Source of the DNA: an uncultured Kiritimatiellota bacterium
GTDB lineage: Bacteria; Verrucomicrobiota; Kiritimatiellia; RFP12; DVOR01
DNA length: 64,000 nucleotides
Direction of reading: 5' to 3'
Assembly: GCA_944389565.1 (NCBI GenBank)
Contig: CALXMV010000002.1
Span: 49,309-113,308, forward strand
The notes below the pieces were generated by a model, which was not told the origin of the DNA, did no database searches, and saw only the letters and a program-made list of their open reading frames with translations. Below, one piece after another: positions 25,755 through 35,760 of the stretch. Each line of letters starts with the position of its first letter. Within the stretch, counting starts at the first letter, position 1. The translations under genes and the position numbers were made by a program.

Positions 25755-27632
25755 ATGAAAGGTTTGTTGACTTTCGCGCTCGCGTTCGGGGTCGCCGTGG
25801 CGGCCCAGGCCGATTACCTGTTGCCCGAGACCATCACGTTGGCGCCTGGCGGCCAAGCGCTCCTGATCGGCGAACGCGGTGCCGGCAAACTCTCCGTGCG
25901 CGACTTCACGGGGCAGGAGACGCGCGCGTTGGAGGCGGTCAAGCGCGAGGGCGGCTTCCTCGGCCTCTTCGCCGACGAGATCCCCCTGCCCGTCACCGGC
26001 GTGGGCGCCGCGCCCGACGGCACGCTCTTCTACACGGCAGACGACGGCAACGAGGGCCGCCTCTTCCGCGAGGACGGCGAATGGGTCGTCACCGGCAACC
26101 GCCCCATGACCCCCACCGTCTCCCCCGACGGCAAATACGTCTACGTCTGCAACCGTTTCGACAACAACGTGATGAAGATCGACGCCGCGACGCTGGAGAT
26201 CGTGGCGACGGCCCCCGCGACGCGCGAGGCCAACGGCTGCGCCCTCGGCAAGGACGGCAAGCTGCTCTTCGTCATCAACATGCTCCCCACCGACGCCACC
26301 GAGCCCGTCAAGTACGTCGCCGCCCGCGTCACCGTCATCGACACGGCCACCTTCAAGGTGATCGACCACGTGCACCTGCCCGACGGCTCCACCGGCGTGC
26401 GCGGCATCACCGCCTCGCCCGACGGCAAGCACATCTACCTCACCCACACCCAGGCCCGTTACCAGCTGCCCACCACCCAGCTCGAACGCGGCTGGATGAA
26501 CACCGCCGCCCTCTCCGTCTTCGACGGCGAGACGGGCAAATACGTCAATACCGTCCTCCTCGACGACGTGGACCTCGGCGCGGCCAACCCTTGGGGCGTC
26601 ACCGTCTCCCCCAACGGCAAGTGGCTCCTCGTGGCCCACGCGGGCTCCCGCGAGGTCAACATCATCGACCGCGCCGCCATGCACGAGCGCCTCGCCCGCG
26701 CCGCCGCCGGCGAGCAGGTCACCGCCGTCACCTCCTCCGCCGCCGAGGTCCACAACGACCTCTCCTTCCTCTCCGACATCCGCCGCCGCGTCCCCCTCAC
26801 CACCGACGGCCCCCGCGGCATCGTCGCCACCGACGACAAGGCCTACGTGGTCTGCTACTTCGCCGACGCCCTCGTCGAGATCCCCTACACCGAGCGCGTC
26901 ATCAAGCCCACCGTCATCCCCCTCAACGGCACGCTCATCGACCTCGCCAAAGACCCCGTCCTCCGCGGCGAGATGCTCTTCAACGACGGCTCCAAATGCT
27001 TCCAGCAATGGCAGTCCTGCGCCTCCTGCCACCCCGACGGCATCGTCGACGGCCTCAACTGGGACCTCATGAACGACGGCATCGGCAACCCCAAGCAGAC
27101 CAAGAGCCTCTACCTCTCCGGCCTCACCCCGCCCACCATGATCACCGGCATCCGCAAGGACATGGAGCACTGTGACCGCGCCGGCTTCCACCACATCCAG
27201 TTCTACGACGCCGCCGAGGAGGACGCCCAGTGTGTCGACGCCTACGTCCGCTCCATGAAGCCCGTCGTCTCCCCCTACGCCCGCCCCGAGAACGCCGAGG
27301 CCATCGCCCGCGGCAAAGCCCTCTTCGAGCAGTCCGAGTGCAACGCCTGCCACCTCCCCGACCACCACTTCACCGCCGCCATCGACCCCACGGACGGCTC
27401 CAAATCCAAACTCTACGACATCGGCCTGGGCACCCGCGACGAGGTCGGCCAGCTCTTCGACGTCCCCACCCTCCACGAAGTCTGGCGCACCGCCCCCTAC
27501 CTCTACGACGGCCGCGCCGCCGACATGCGCGCCGTCCTCACCACCTGGAACACCAGCGGCCAGCACGGCGTCACCGAAGGCCTCTCCGACCAGGAACTCC
27601 AAGACCTCACCCTCTACATCCTCTCCCTCTGA
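25755..27632 (+). CDS. Secreted YVTN-type beta-propeller protein fused to a di-haem cytochrome c peroxidase-like (CCP/MauG) domain
   Basis: GGAGGAAG RBS before the ATG at 25755. Signal peptide. Two CxxCH haem motifs (CASCH and CNACH). Confidence 0.75.
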   Translation: MKGLLTFALAFGVAVAAQADYLLPETITLAPGGQALLIGERGAGKLSVRDFTGQETRALEAVKREGGFLGLFADEIPLPVTGVGAAPDGTLFYTADDGNEGRLFREDGEWVVTGNRPMTPTVSPDGKYVYVCNRFDNNVMKIDAATLEIVATAPATREANGCALGKDGKLLFVINMLPTDATEPVKYVAARVTVIDTATFKVIDHVHLPDGSTGVRGITASPDGKHIYLTHTQARYQLPTTQLERGWMNTAALSVFDGETGKYVNTVLLDDVDLGAANPWGVTVSPNGKWLLVAHAGSREVNIIDRAAMHERLARAAAGEQVTAVTSSAAEVHNDLSFLSDIRRRVPLTTDGPRGIVATDDKAYVVCYFADALVEIPYTERVIKPTVIPLNGTLIDLAKDPVLRGEMLFNDGSKCFQQWQSCASCHPDGIVDGLNWDLMNDGIGNPKQTKSLYLSGLTPPTMITGIRKDMEHCDRAGFHHIQFYDAAEEDAQCVDAYVRSMKPVVSPYARPENAEAIARGKALFEQSECNACHLPDHHFTAAIDPTDGSKSKLYDIGLGTRDEVGQLFDVPTLHEVWRTAPYLYDGRAADMRAVLTTWNTSGQHGVTEGLSDQELQDLTLYILSL

Positions 27633-27660
27633 CGGGAGAGGCCCACCACAGGAGCGCACC

Positions 27661-28650
27661 ATGCTGCTGACCCACCTCAAAGGCGATCTCTGGACCACCC
27701 TCGAACACCCCACCCGCGGCGTGGAGGTCACCCGGAACGGTTGGGGCTCCCCCGCCGCGCTCGCCGCGGCCCCCACCGACGAAGTCCCCGGCATCTGGCT
27801 CTGCAACGACACCCACGGCGGCTTCCCCGCCGTCGTCCAGCGCACCTTCGCCCAATACGCCACCGCCGACGTCATCACCTACGCCGGGCGTGACGTCGGC
27901 GTCCACTGCGCCAACGACCACGCCGACTACGTCTTCCTCGCCGGCGTCGGCCCCGACGACCCCACCACCAGCCGCACCGCGCAGACCCAGTCCGCCTTCG
28001 AGAACCTGGAGAAGATCCTCGCCACCGCCGGCTTCGGCTTCAAGGACGTCGTCCGCACCTGGCTCTACATGGACAAGATCCTCGAGTGGTACGACGACTT
28101 CAACCGCGTGCGCGACGCCTTCTTCGAGAGCCGCGGCATCTTCGGCGGCTTCGTCCCCGCCAGCACCGGCATCGGCTCGGCCAACATCACCGGCTCGGCC
28201 ATCATCACCGGCGCCATCGCCATGCGCCCCAAGGCCCCCGGCTCCGCCACCCGCGCCATGCTCGACTCCCCCCTCCAGTGCTCCGCCCTCGACTACCGCA
28301 GCTCCTTCAGCCGCGCCGCCGAGATCGTCACCCCCGACGGCCGCCTCGTCTTCGTCTCCGGCACCGCCAGCATCGCCTACGGCGGCGAGACCGCCCACGT
28401 CGGCGACCCCGAAAAGCAGATCGCCCTCACGATGGACGTCGTCGACGGCATCCTCAAAACCCGGGACATGGGCTTCCACAACACCACCCGCGCCATCGCC
28501 TACATCAAGCGCCCCGAATACCGCGCCCATTGGCAAGCCTGGCTCGACGCCCACCGCCTCCCCCGCGACTTCGCCCAGGAGGTCGTCGCCGACGTCTGCC
28601 GCGACGACCTCCTCTTCGAGCTCGAGCTCGACGCCTTCCAGCACCACTGA
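27661..28650 (+). CDS. Tandem RidA/YjgF-family (endoribonuclease L-PSP-like) protein
   Basis: Two YjgF-like segments. Assigned by family resemblance. Confidence 0.6.
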   Translation: MLLTHLKGDLWTTLEHPTRGVEVTRNGWGSPAALAAAPTDEVPGIWLCNDTHGGFPAVVQRTFAQYATADVITYAGRDVGVHCANDHADYVFLAGVGPDDPTTSRTAQTQSAFENLEKILATAGFGFKDVVRTWLYMDKILEWYDDFNRVRDAFFESRGIFGGFVPASTGIGSANITGSAIITGAIAMRPKAPGSATRAMLDSPLQCSALDYRSSFSRAAEIVTPDGRLVFVSGTASIAYGGETAHVGDPEKQIALTMDVVDGILKTRDMGFHNTTRAIAYIKRPEYRAHWQAWLDAHRLPRDFAQEVVADVCRDDLLFELELDAFQHH

Positions 28651-28721
28651 CCCCTGACGCCCCCGGACGGAAACGAGCGGCGCGCCCCATGCGCGCCGCC
28701 GTTTTGCTATACTATGCGGCC

Positions 28722-29417
28722 ATGAAACGGGAACCTAACACGTTCGACTTCGTCTACGCCGTCCGGCACACGCAGATCGCGCGCGCGCCGGAGCGGTTGC
28801 TGGATCCGTTTGACCAGACGACGGTGAATTACACGTTGCTGACGCAGCCGATGGACGACCCGACGAAGACGCGGGTGCGGGAGGGGAAGTTGCAGACTTT
28901 CCCGCCGAGGCTGTTGCTGCCGGGGGATCTCTCGACGCAGGAGCTGGAAGGGTTCGGGGAGCAGGCGGCGGCGTATCTGGACTTCCTGCGGTCGCATGGG
29001 GCGAACTTCCGGATCCTGCGCTACTCCTATCGGTTGCGGCGGGAGACCTATTCGGAGACGTTGCTCTCGGAGCCGCTGGACGTGGTGCGAGGGCGGGCGG
29101 AGAAGGCGCACGACCACAAGGCCGACCCGTACGCCGCGCTCGTGGTGGGCGTGGACGAGCCGTGGGACGTCTGCCTCCTCCATCTGTTCATGCGCCTGGT
29201 GCAGGCCTCCCTGCCCAAGACGCTGCACGACCTGGAGCGGCGCGCCAAGGCCGGCTTCCGCGAGCGGATGCCGCGGGAGGACCGCGAGGAGATCGAACGC
29301 GCCTTCGCCGCCGCCGAGAAAGACCCCTCCCTCATCAAAAGCCTCGGCAGGCTCCTCAAGCAGAAGGGCCTCTTCGAGCTCTACCAAGACCGTTTCTTCG
29401 CCCTGATCCGCCCCTGA
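28722..29417 (+). CDS. Hypothetical protein (231 aa), apparently leaderless
   Basis: TATACT lies at 28709-28714 and the ATG at 28722. No recognised motif. Confidence 0.5.
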   Translation: MKREPNTFDFVYAVRHTQIARAPERLLDPFDQTTVNYTLLTQPMDDPTKTRVREGKLQTFPPRLLLPGDLSTQELEGFGEQAAAYLDFLRSHGANFRILRYSYRLRRETYSETLLSEPLDVVRGRAEKAHDHKADPYAALVVGVDEPWDVCLLHLFMRLVQASLPKTLHDLERRAKAGFRERMPREDREEIERAFAAAEKDPSLIKSLGRLLKQKGLFELYQDRFFALIRP

Positions 29418-29419
29418 CC

Positions 29420-29974
29420 ATGGACTTTTTCATCGCGGACACCCATTTCGGCCATGCGAAGGTCGCCGCCAAGCGGAAGTTCCGCTCGGTGGAGGCGATG
29501 GACGAGGCGCTCATCGCCGCATGGAACGCGCGCGTGGGCGAGGCGGACGACGTGTTCATCGCCGGCGACCTCATCTGCCGCAACGACCGCCCGGCGGAGG
29601 AGTATCTGCGCCGCCTGCGCGGCCGCAAGCATCTGGCCGTGGGCAACCATGACCGCGTGTGGATGCGCACCGTGCGCCTGGCGGACTTCTTCCGCGAGGT
29701 GGCCTTCACGATCGAGGGCGTGCGCGACGGGGTCTTCTTCACGGTCAACCATTACCCGATGCTCGATTGGTACCGCCGGCGCCACGGCGCGCTCATGATC
29801 TACGGCCACATCCACGACTCCGACGCCGAGCCGTATTGCCCGTTCCTGCGGACCATCCCGCGCGCCTACAACGCGGGCGTGGACGTGAACGATTTCCGGC
29901 CCGTCACCCTCCGCGAGCTCATCGCCAACACCGCCCGCCGGCGCCAGGCGGCCGGCGGGCCAAGCCCGCGGTGA
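29420..29974 (+). CDS. Metallophosphoesterase (calcineurin-like)
   Basis: Motifs DTHFGH, GDLI and GNHD. Confidence 0.7.
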   Translation: MDFFIADTHFGHAKVAAKRKFRSVEAMDEALIAAWNARVGEADDVFIAGDLICRNDRPAEEYLRRLRGRKHLAVGNHDRVWMRTVRLADFFREVAFTIEGVRDGVFFTVNHYPMLDWYRRRHGALMIYGHIHDSDAEPYCPFLRTIPRAYNAGVDVNDFRPVTLRELIANTARRRQAAGGPSPR

Positions 29975-30045
29975 CCCGCGGCGCCAGGGGAAAGGCACGG
30001 CGCGTTGTGGTATAATAAGGGACGTTTCAGAAAGGACGGTTCTCC

Positions 30046-30885
30046 ATGTGGGATTACACGGACAAGGTGATGGATCATTTTCGGCACCCGCGCAACGTCG
30101 GGACGATCGAGCATCCCGACGGGAAGGCGACGGTGGGGTCGCTGGCGTGCGGGGACGCGCTGACGTTCATGTTCCGCCTGGGGCCCGACGGGCGGATCGC
30201 GGAAGCGAAGTTCCAGACGTTCGGGTGCGCGAGCGCGGTGGCCTCGAGCTCGGCCCTGACGGAGATGGTGATCGGCAAGACCCTCGAGGAGGCCGAGAAG
30301 ATCACGAACAAGGAAATCGCCGACTACCTGGGCGGCCTGCCGGACCAGAAGATGCATTGCTCGGTGATGGGGCGCGAGGCGCTGGAGGCGGCCATCCACA
30401 ATTACCGCACGGGCGAGGAGAACGTGGTGCAGGTGAACGACGAGATCGTCTGCACGTGCTTCGGCGTGTCGCGGGCGGAAATCGAGCGCGTGACGCGCGA
30501 AAACCACCTGCACACGGTCGAGGAGGTGACGAACTACTGCAAGGCCGGCGGCGGGTGCGGGATGTGCCGCGACCGCATCCAGGAGATCGTCGACGAGGTG
30601 AACCACGCCCAGGCGGCCGCCCCCGCCCCCGCAAAACCCGCCAAGAAGATGACCACCCTCCAGAAAATCAAGCTCATCGAGCAGACGCTCGAGGAGCAGG
30701 TGCGCCCCGTGCTGAGAAAGGACGGCGGCGACGTGGAGCTGGTGGACGTGGACGGCGACACGGTGCGGATCGCCTTCCGCGGGATGTGCGCGGGGTGCCG
30801 CAGCGCGGCCATCACGCGCGACAATCTGATCGCGACCGCGCTGCATGAGTTCGTGGACCCGGCGATCGAGGTGGTGACGGAATGA
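30046..30885 (+). CDS. nifU: NifU-type Fe-S cluster assembly scaffold (IscU-like N-terminus, central 2Fe-2S region and Nfu C-terminus)
   Basis: Conserved Cys pattern (CGD, CSVMG, CxxC). TGGTATAAT extended -10 at 30007-30015. Its stop overlaps the nifS start. Confidence 0.85.
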   Translation: MWDYTDKVMDHFRHPRNVGTIEHPDGKATVGSLACGDALTFMFRLGPDGRIAEAKFQTFGCASAVASSSALTEMVIGKTLEEAEKITNKEIADYLGGLPDQKMHCSVMGREALEAAIHNYRTGEENVVQVNDEIVCTCFGVSRAEIERVTRENHLHTVEEVTNYCKAGGGCGMCRDRIQEIVDEVNHAQAAAPAPAKPAKKMTTLQKIKLIEQTLEEQVRPVLRKDGGDVELVDVDGDTVRIAFRGMCAGCRSAAITRDNLIATALHEFVDPAIEVVTE

Positions 30886-32060
30886 GCGACGTGCCTGTGG
30901 TTTACCTGGACAACAACGCGACGACGCGGCCCGCGCCGGAGGTGGTGGAGGCCATGCTCCCCTTCCTCACCGAGCAGTGGGGCAACCCGAGCAGCATGCA
31001 TGCCTTCGGCGGGCGCGTGGCCAAGCCGGTGGCCGAGGCCCGCGAGCGGGTGGCGGCCTTCGTGAACGCCGAACGCCCGGAGGAGATCGTCTTCGAGGGG
31101 TGCGCCACGGAGGCGGACAACCATGCCCTCTTCGGCGTGGCGGCGGCCTGGGGGCGCCCGGGCACGATCATCACCAGCCGCGTGGAGCACCCGGCGATCC
31201 TCGGCCCCTGCCTGCGCCTGCGCGAGATGGGGCATCGCGTGGTGGAGATCGGGGTGGACGGCGAGGGCCGTTTCGACATGGCCGCCTACGAGGCAGCGTT
31301 GGCCGCGCACCCGGGGCCGAAGCTGGTCTCGGTGATGTGGGCGAACAACGAGACAGGCGTCGTCTTCCCCATCAAGCGCATCGCCGAGCTCGGCAAGGCC
31401 GCCGGCGCGACCGTCCACACCGATGCCGTCCAAGCCGCCGGCAAGGAACCGCTGGACGTGCGGGAGGCGCCGGTGGACCTGCTGACCATCGCCGGCCACA
31501 AGATGCACGCGCCCAAAGGCATCGGCATGCTCTACGTGCGCCGCGGCACGCGCATCAAACCCTTCGTCATCGGCGGCCACCAGGAGCGCGGCCGGCGCGG
31601 CGGCACGGAGAACGTGCCCTACATCATCGGTCTGGCCAAGGCCTGCGACCTGGCCCAACAGGCGCTGACCGACGGCACGGAGGAGCGGATGCGCCGCCTG
31701 CGCGACAAACTGCAGGCGGGGCTCCTGGCCTCCTGCCCGGACAGCCGGGTGAACGGCGGCGGCGCCGCGCGCGTCTCCAACACGCTCAACATCTCCTTCG
31801 AGTACATCGAGGGCGAAAGCGTGCTCTACCACCTGAGCGACCTGGGGATCTGCGCGAGCAGCGGGTCGGCCTGCGCGGCGGGCAGTCTGGAGCCGAGCCA
31901 CGTGATCCGCGCGATGGGCGTGCCCTTCACGGCCGTCCATGGCTCCATCCGTTTCTCCCTGAGCCGCTACACCACGGAGGAGGAGATCGACTACGTGCTC
32001 GCGCACTGCCCGGAGGTGGTGGCGGAGATGCGCGCGATCTCGCCCTTCGTGAAGCGCTGA
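30882..32060 (+). CDS. nifS: Cysteine desulfurase (class V aminotransferase)
   Basis: PLP-Lys region HKMHAPKGIG and active-site SSGSAC. Confidence 0.9.
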   Translation: MSDVPVVYLDNNATTRPAPEVVEAMLPFLTEQWGNPSSMHAFGGRVAKPVAEARERVAAFVNAERPEEIVFEGCATEADNHALFGVAAAWGRPGTIITSRVEHPAILGPCLRLREMGHRVVEIGVDGEGRFDMAAYEAALAAHPGPKLVSVMWANNETGVVFPIKRIAELGKAAGATVHTDAVQAAGKEPLDVREAPVDLLTIAGHKMHAPKGIGMLYVRRGTRIKPFVIGGHQERGRRGGTENVPYIIGLAKACDLAQQALTDGTEERMRRLRDKLQAGLLASCPDSRVNGGGAARVSNTLNISFEYIEGESVLYHLSDLGICASSGSACAAGSLEPSHVIRAMGVPFTAVHGSIRFSLSRYTTEEEIDYVLAHCPEVVAEMRAISPFVKR

Positions 32061-32118
32061 CGGCCTTGCCGGGGCGCCGGGGATATGATACAATCATCGC
32101 ATTGAAAGGTTCCGCACG

Positions 32119-33273
32119 ATGAAGAGGTTTTGCATTGGCGCGTTCAGCGCAGGGATGTTGGCCGCCGCCGCGATGGCCCAGCAGGGGCCGGTGGTGACGG
32201 CACGGGACGACGCGCCGGTGGCGCCGACGGCGGAGGACGCCGCGGCGGACGGCCGCGACGAGGGGCGGCTCTATCTCGGGCTCGGCGTCGGAGGCTCGGT
32301 CCTCCACCGCCACGCGAGCCCGGACCCGGGGAGCGACCTGCGGGGCGTCTCGCCCACGGTCGTCCTGCGCCTGGGCTATGACTTCGCCGACAGCCCGTGG
32401 TCGATCGAGGGCTACGGCTCGCTGGGGCGCGCCAACCTCAAAAGTGGCTCGGACTCCGCCCGCACGCTCTTCGGCCTGGGCGTGGAGGGGCTCTACCACT
32501 TCGACCGCTACGCGCGCTTCGACCCCTTCTTGGCCGGCGGTCTCTCGTGGAACAGCGGCAGCGCGCCCGTGTGGCAGGACGGCAACCGCTCGCACCTCTT
32601 CGCGCAGGCGGGGCTCGGCGCCTTCTGGCACCTCACCGAGAGCCTCTCCCTGCGTGGCGACGTGCGGTGGCACGTGGCGCTGACGGACGACTTCATCTCC
32701 TTCACCTCCGCGGATGTCGGCGTGGTGTGGTATCCCGGCGCGGGCGGCGGCGCGGACGACACGGTAAGCTCCCTGCCGCCCTTGGCCGACGCGCCGATCG
32801 AGCCCGGCGCCGTGCGTTACGACGACGCCTCCGAACACGCCGAGGCCCTGCGCGACGTGACGCCCGTGGGCGCCGACCATATGCGCCTGGAGTTGCGCGT
32901 GGGCTTCGCGAAGGACACGGCGGTCATCGAGCCGGCCGCCTACCCGGTGCTCGACGAGTTGCTTCGCCTGGCGCGGCGCGCGCTGGAGGTGAACCCCGAG
33001 GCGTCCATCGAATTGCATGGGCACGCCGACCGCCAGCATGGCTCCGACCATGAGTACAACCGCCGGCTCTCCGAGGCGCGCGCCAAGAGCGTGATGAACT
33101 ATCTCGCCCAGAACGGCGTGCCGGCGGGGCGGATGAAGGCCTTCGGCCACTCCTTCGACCAACCGGCCGAGCCGGTGGACCTGGAGCATGGCACGCCGGC
33201 CAACCGCCGCGTGGAAATCGCCATCCAGAACGTCACGGAGGCCGAGCGCGAACAGATCCGCGCCGGCCGCTGA
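32119..33273 (+). CDS. OmpA-family outer-membrane protein
   Basis: Signal peptide, a beta-barrel-like N-terminal half and a C-terminal OmpA_C domain (…NRRLSEARA…NRRVEI). Confidence 0.8.
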   Translation: MKRFCIGAFSAGMLAAAAMAQQGPVVTARDDAPVAPTAEDAAADGRDEGRLYLGLGVGGSVLHRHASPDPGSDLRGVSPTVVLRLGYDFADSPWSIEGYGSLGRANLKSGSDSARTLFGLGVEGLYHFDRYARFDPFLAGGLSWNSGSAPVWQDGNRSHLFAQAGLGAFWHLTESLSLRGDVRWHVALTDDFISFTSADVGVVWYPGAGGGADDTVSSLPPLADAPIEPGAVRYDDASEHAEALRDVTPVGADHMRLELRVGFAKDTAVIEPAAYPVLDELLRLARRALEVNPEASIELHGHADRQHGSDHEYNRRLSEARAKSVMNYLAQNGVPAGRMKAFGHSFDQPAEPVDLEHGTPANRRVEIAIQNVTEAEREQIRAGR

Positions 33274-33283
33274 GCCGCGGACG

Positions 33284-34441
33284 ATGGGCACGCTCCAGCG
33301 CTACATCCTGCGTTCGTTCCTCGTGGCCGCCGGGCTGACGGGGCTGGTGCTCACCTTCGTGCTCTCGGTGGGGTTCCTCTTCCAGGTGCTCCAATTCATC
33401 GTGCGCGGGGCGCCAGGGGCGTTGGTGTTGCAATATCTGGTGGCGTCGTTGCCGGAGGTGCTCGGCTTCACGATCCCCTTGGCGCTGATGGTGGCCTCGC
33501 TGCTCGTCTTCAGCAGGCTGAGCTCGGACAGCGAGATCGCGGCGATGAAGGCGTGCGGCGTGAGCTTCCTCACGATCATGCGCGGGCCGATCGTCGTGGG
33601 CGCGCTCTGCTCCGGCCTCGTCTTCTACCTGCAGCACCACGCCATGCCCAACGGCCACTACGTCCGCCGCACCCTCGCCAGCCGTCTCGCGCTCGATGCC
33701 GGCGTCCAACTCCTGGAGCCGGGGCGCTTCATCGACAATATCGACAACGTCGCCCTCTTCTGCGACCGGAAGGTCGACGGCAAGGACGCCGAGGGCCGTG
33801 GCATCACCACGCTCTACAACCTCCTGGCGATCGACCGCCGAGAGGGTTTCCTGCGCGAGATCCATGCCGACCGCGCGGACGTCCGTGCCGAGGGGAGCGA
33901 CCTCATCTTCACCATGCGCGAGGCGACCGTCTCCCCGCCCTTGGAGGGCGTGGCGGGCACGGCGACCTTCGACTCCTTCGAGTACCGGTGCGACGACGTG
34001 GTCTCGCGTTCGCGCAAGTACATGAAGAAACCCAAGGACTTCGTCTTCGGCGAGTTGCGCGCGGCGGTGGCCGGCGCCAAGGCCGAGCGTGACGCCGCGC
34101 GGGCGGCCGAGTCCGCGGGAAAGGTTGCCGAAGGGGTCTCGTCGGAGGCCGCGGACAAGTGGTATTCGCGTCTGCGCTTCCTCATGCACTATCGCACCGT
34201 CTGGGCCTGCGCGTCGATCTGCTTCGTCCTCGTGGGCATCCCGCTGGGGTGCCAGACGCTCCGCAAGGATTCCGCCAAGGGCATGGCCTTGGGCGTCGGC
34301 ATCGGCATCGCTTTCTTCTTGGTGCTTCTGCTCTCCGAGGCGTTGGCCGACAAGCCGGCCGCCTGCCCGTGGGCGCTCGTCTGGCTGCCCGTCCTCCTCT
34401 GCCTGGGCGCCGCGGCGGTACTCATCCCCAAACAGCAATAA
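33284..34441 (+). CDS. LptF/LptG-family LPS export permease
   Basis: N-terminus MGTLQRYILRSF. Six TM helices with a periplasmic insert. Confidence 0.7.
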   Translation: MGTLQRYILRSFLVAAGLTGLVLTFVLSVGFLFQVLQFIVRGAPGALVLQYLVASLPEVLGFTIPLALMVASLLVFSRLSSDSEIAAMKACGVSFLTIMRGPIVVGALCSGLVFYLQHHAMPNGHYVRRTLASRLALDAGVQLLEPGRFIDNIDNVALFCDRKVDGKDAEGRGITTLYNLLAIDRREGFLREIHADRADVRAEGSDLIFTMREATVSPPLEGVAGTATFDSFEYRCDDVVSRSRKYMKKPKDFVFGELRAAVAGAKAERDAARAAESAGKVAEGVSSEAADKWYSRLRFLMHYRTVWACASICFVLVGIPLGCQTLRKDSAKGMALGVGIGIAFFLVLLLSEALADKPAACPWALVWLPVLLCLGAAAVLIPKQQ

Positions 34442-34454
34442 TCGAGGTTCCCCC

Positions 34455-35237
34455 ATGGCCATCCATCCCCTTGCCTATGTCTGCGACGGCGCCACGATCC
34501 ATCCCGAGGCCGAGGTCGGCCCCTTCGCCTACGTCGGCCCGGACGTCACGCTCGCGGCGGGCGTCAAGCTCCACCACCACGCGACGGTCGAGGGGCACAC
34601 CACCCTCGGCGAGGGGTGCGAGGTCTTCCCGAACGCCTGCGTCGGCACCAAGACGCAAGACCTCAAGTGGCGCCCCGGCAACGTCACCTACGTGGAGATC
34701 GGCCCGCGCACCGTCATCCGCGAATGCGCCACCATCCACTCCGGCACCTTCGACGGCACCAAGACGGTCATCGGCTCGGACTGCCTCATCATGGCCTACT
34801 GCCACTTGGCGCACGGGTGTGTCGTCGGCGACCACGTCATCATGTCCAACGGCGTCCAGGTCGCCGGCGAATGCCTGATCGAACACCACGCCGTCATCGG
34901 CGGCACCACCGCCATCCTGCAATTCACCCACATCGGCGCCTACGCGATGGTCGGCGGCGGCACCCACCTGCGCAAGGACGCCCCCCCCTACATGGTCACC
35001 ATGGGCGTCGACAACCTCGTCGTCCGCGGGCTCAACTCCGTCGGCATCCGCCGCCACGCCGACGCCTTCAGCCCCGAGGCCTACGCCGCGCTGAAGGACG
35101 CCTACCAGATCCTCTACTCCGAGGGCGCCACCCGCGCCGCCGCGCTCGCGCGCATCGCCGCCGAGCTCCCCCGCTGCCCGGAGATCGAGCACCTGCTCGA
35201 CTTCTACGCCAACGCCTCCAAGCACGGCGTGGCCTGA
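34455..35237 (+). CDS. lpxA: Acyl-ACP--UDP-N-acetylglucosamine O-acyltransferase
   Basis: Hexapeptide repeats and a diagnostic C-terminal helical region. Confidence 0.85.
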   Translation: MAIHPLAYVCDGATIHPEAEVGPFAYVGPDVTLAAGVKLHHHATVEGHTTLGEGCEVFPNACVGTKTQDLKWRPGNVTYVEIGPRTVIRECATIHSGTFDGTKTVIGSDCLIMAYCHLAHGCVVGDHVIMSNGVQVAGECLIEHHAVIGGTTAILQFTHIGAYAMVGGGTHLRKDAPPYMVTMGVDNLVVRGLNSVGIRRHADAFSPEAYAALKDAYQILYSEGATRAAALARIAAELPRCPEIEHLLDFYANASKHGVA

Positions 35238-35303
35238 GCCGTTTCCCGCTTGCGCGCCGCGCCACGCTTTGCTAGACTTCAGGTATCAGCAAAGGAGTCC
35301 GAC

Positions 35304-35753
35304 ATGGAAGAAGACCAGAAGCAACCGATTGGGGACGACATCGCCGACGATGTCGAGATCACCCCCACCGACATCGTTTTCGACTGCCCCCAATGCGGGC
35401 ACAACCTCGTGGTCGACTACCGCGCGGCCGGCCTGCAGGTGCCCTGCTCGGAATGCGGCGCCATCATCCAGGTGCCCATCCCCGACGCGATGAACCTGGA
35501 GGATCTTGACTGCGACCCCGGCGAGTTGCTCCAACAGCTGCTCCAAACCCGCCGGATGCTCGTCAAGGCCGGCGCCGCCGCCCAAGCCGCCGGCGAGAAG
35601 GTCGTCGAGCTCACCCAGCAACTCGCCGATTACCGCAAGACCCTCCTCGCCGTCAAGGCGCGCGTCGAGACCCTGCAGGAAGCCGCCGACCTCGCCAACG
35701 CCACGCGCAAGGACGTCCTCGACATCATCGAGACGACCGGCATCGGCAAGTAA
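35304..35753 (+). CDS. Zinc-ribbon protein with a C-terminal coiled coil, unknown function
   Basis: AAAGGAG RBS. Cys pairs CPQC…CSEC. Confidence 0.5.
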   Translation: MEEDQKQPIGDDIADDVEITPTDIVFDCPQCGHNLVVDYRAAGLQVPCSECGAIIQVPIPDAMNLEDLDCDPGELLQQLLQTRRMLVKAGAAAQAAGEKVVELTQQLADYRKTLLAVKARVETLQEAADLANATRKDVLDIIETTGIGK

Positions 35754-35760
35754 AGGCTCC

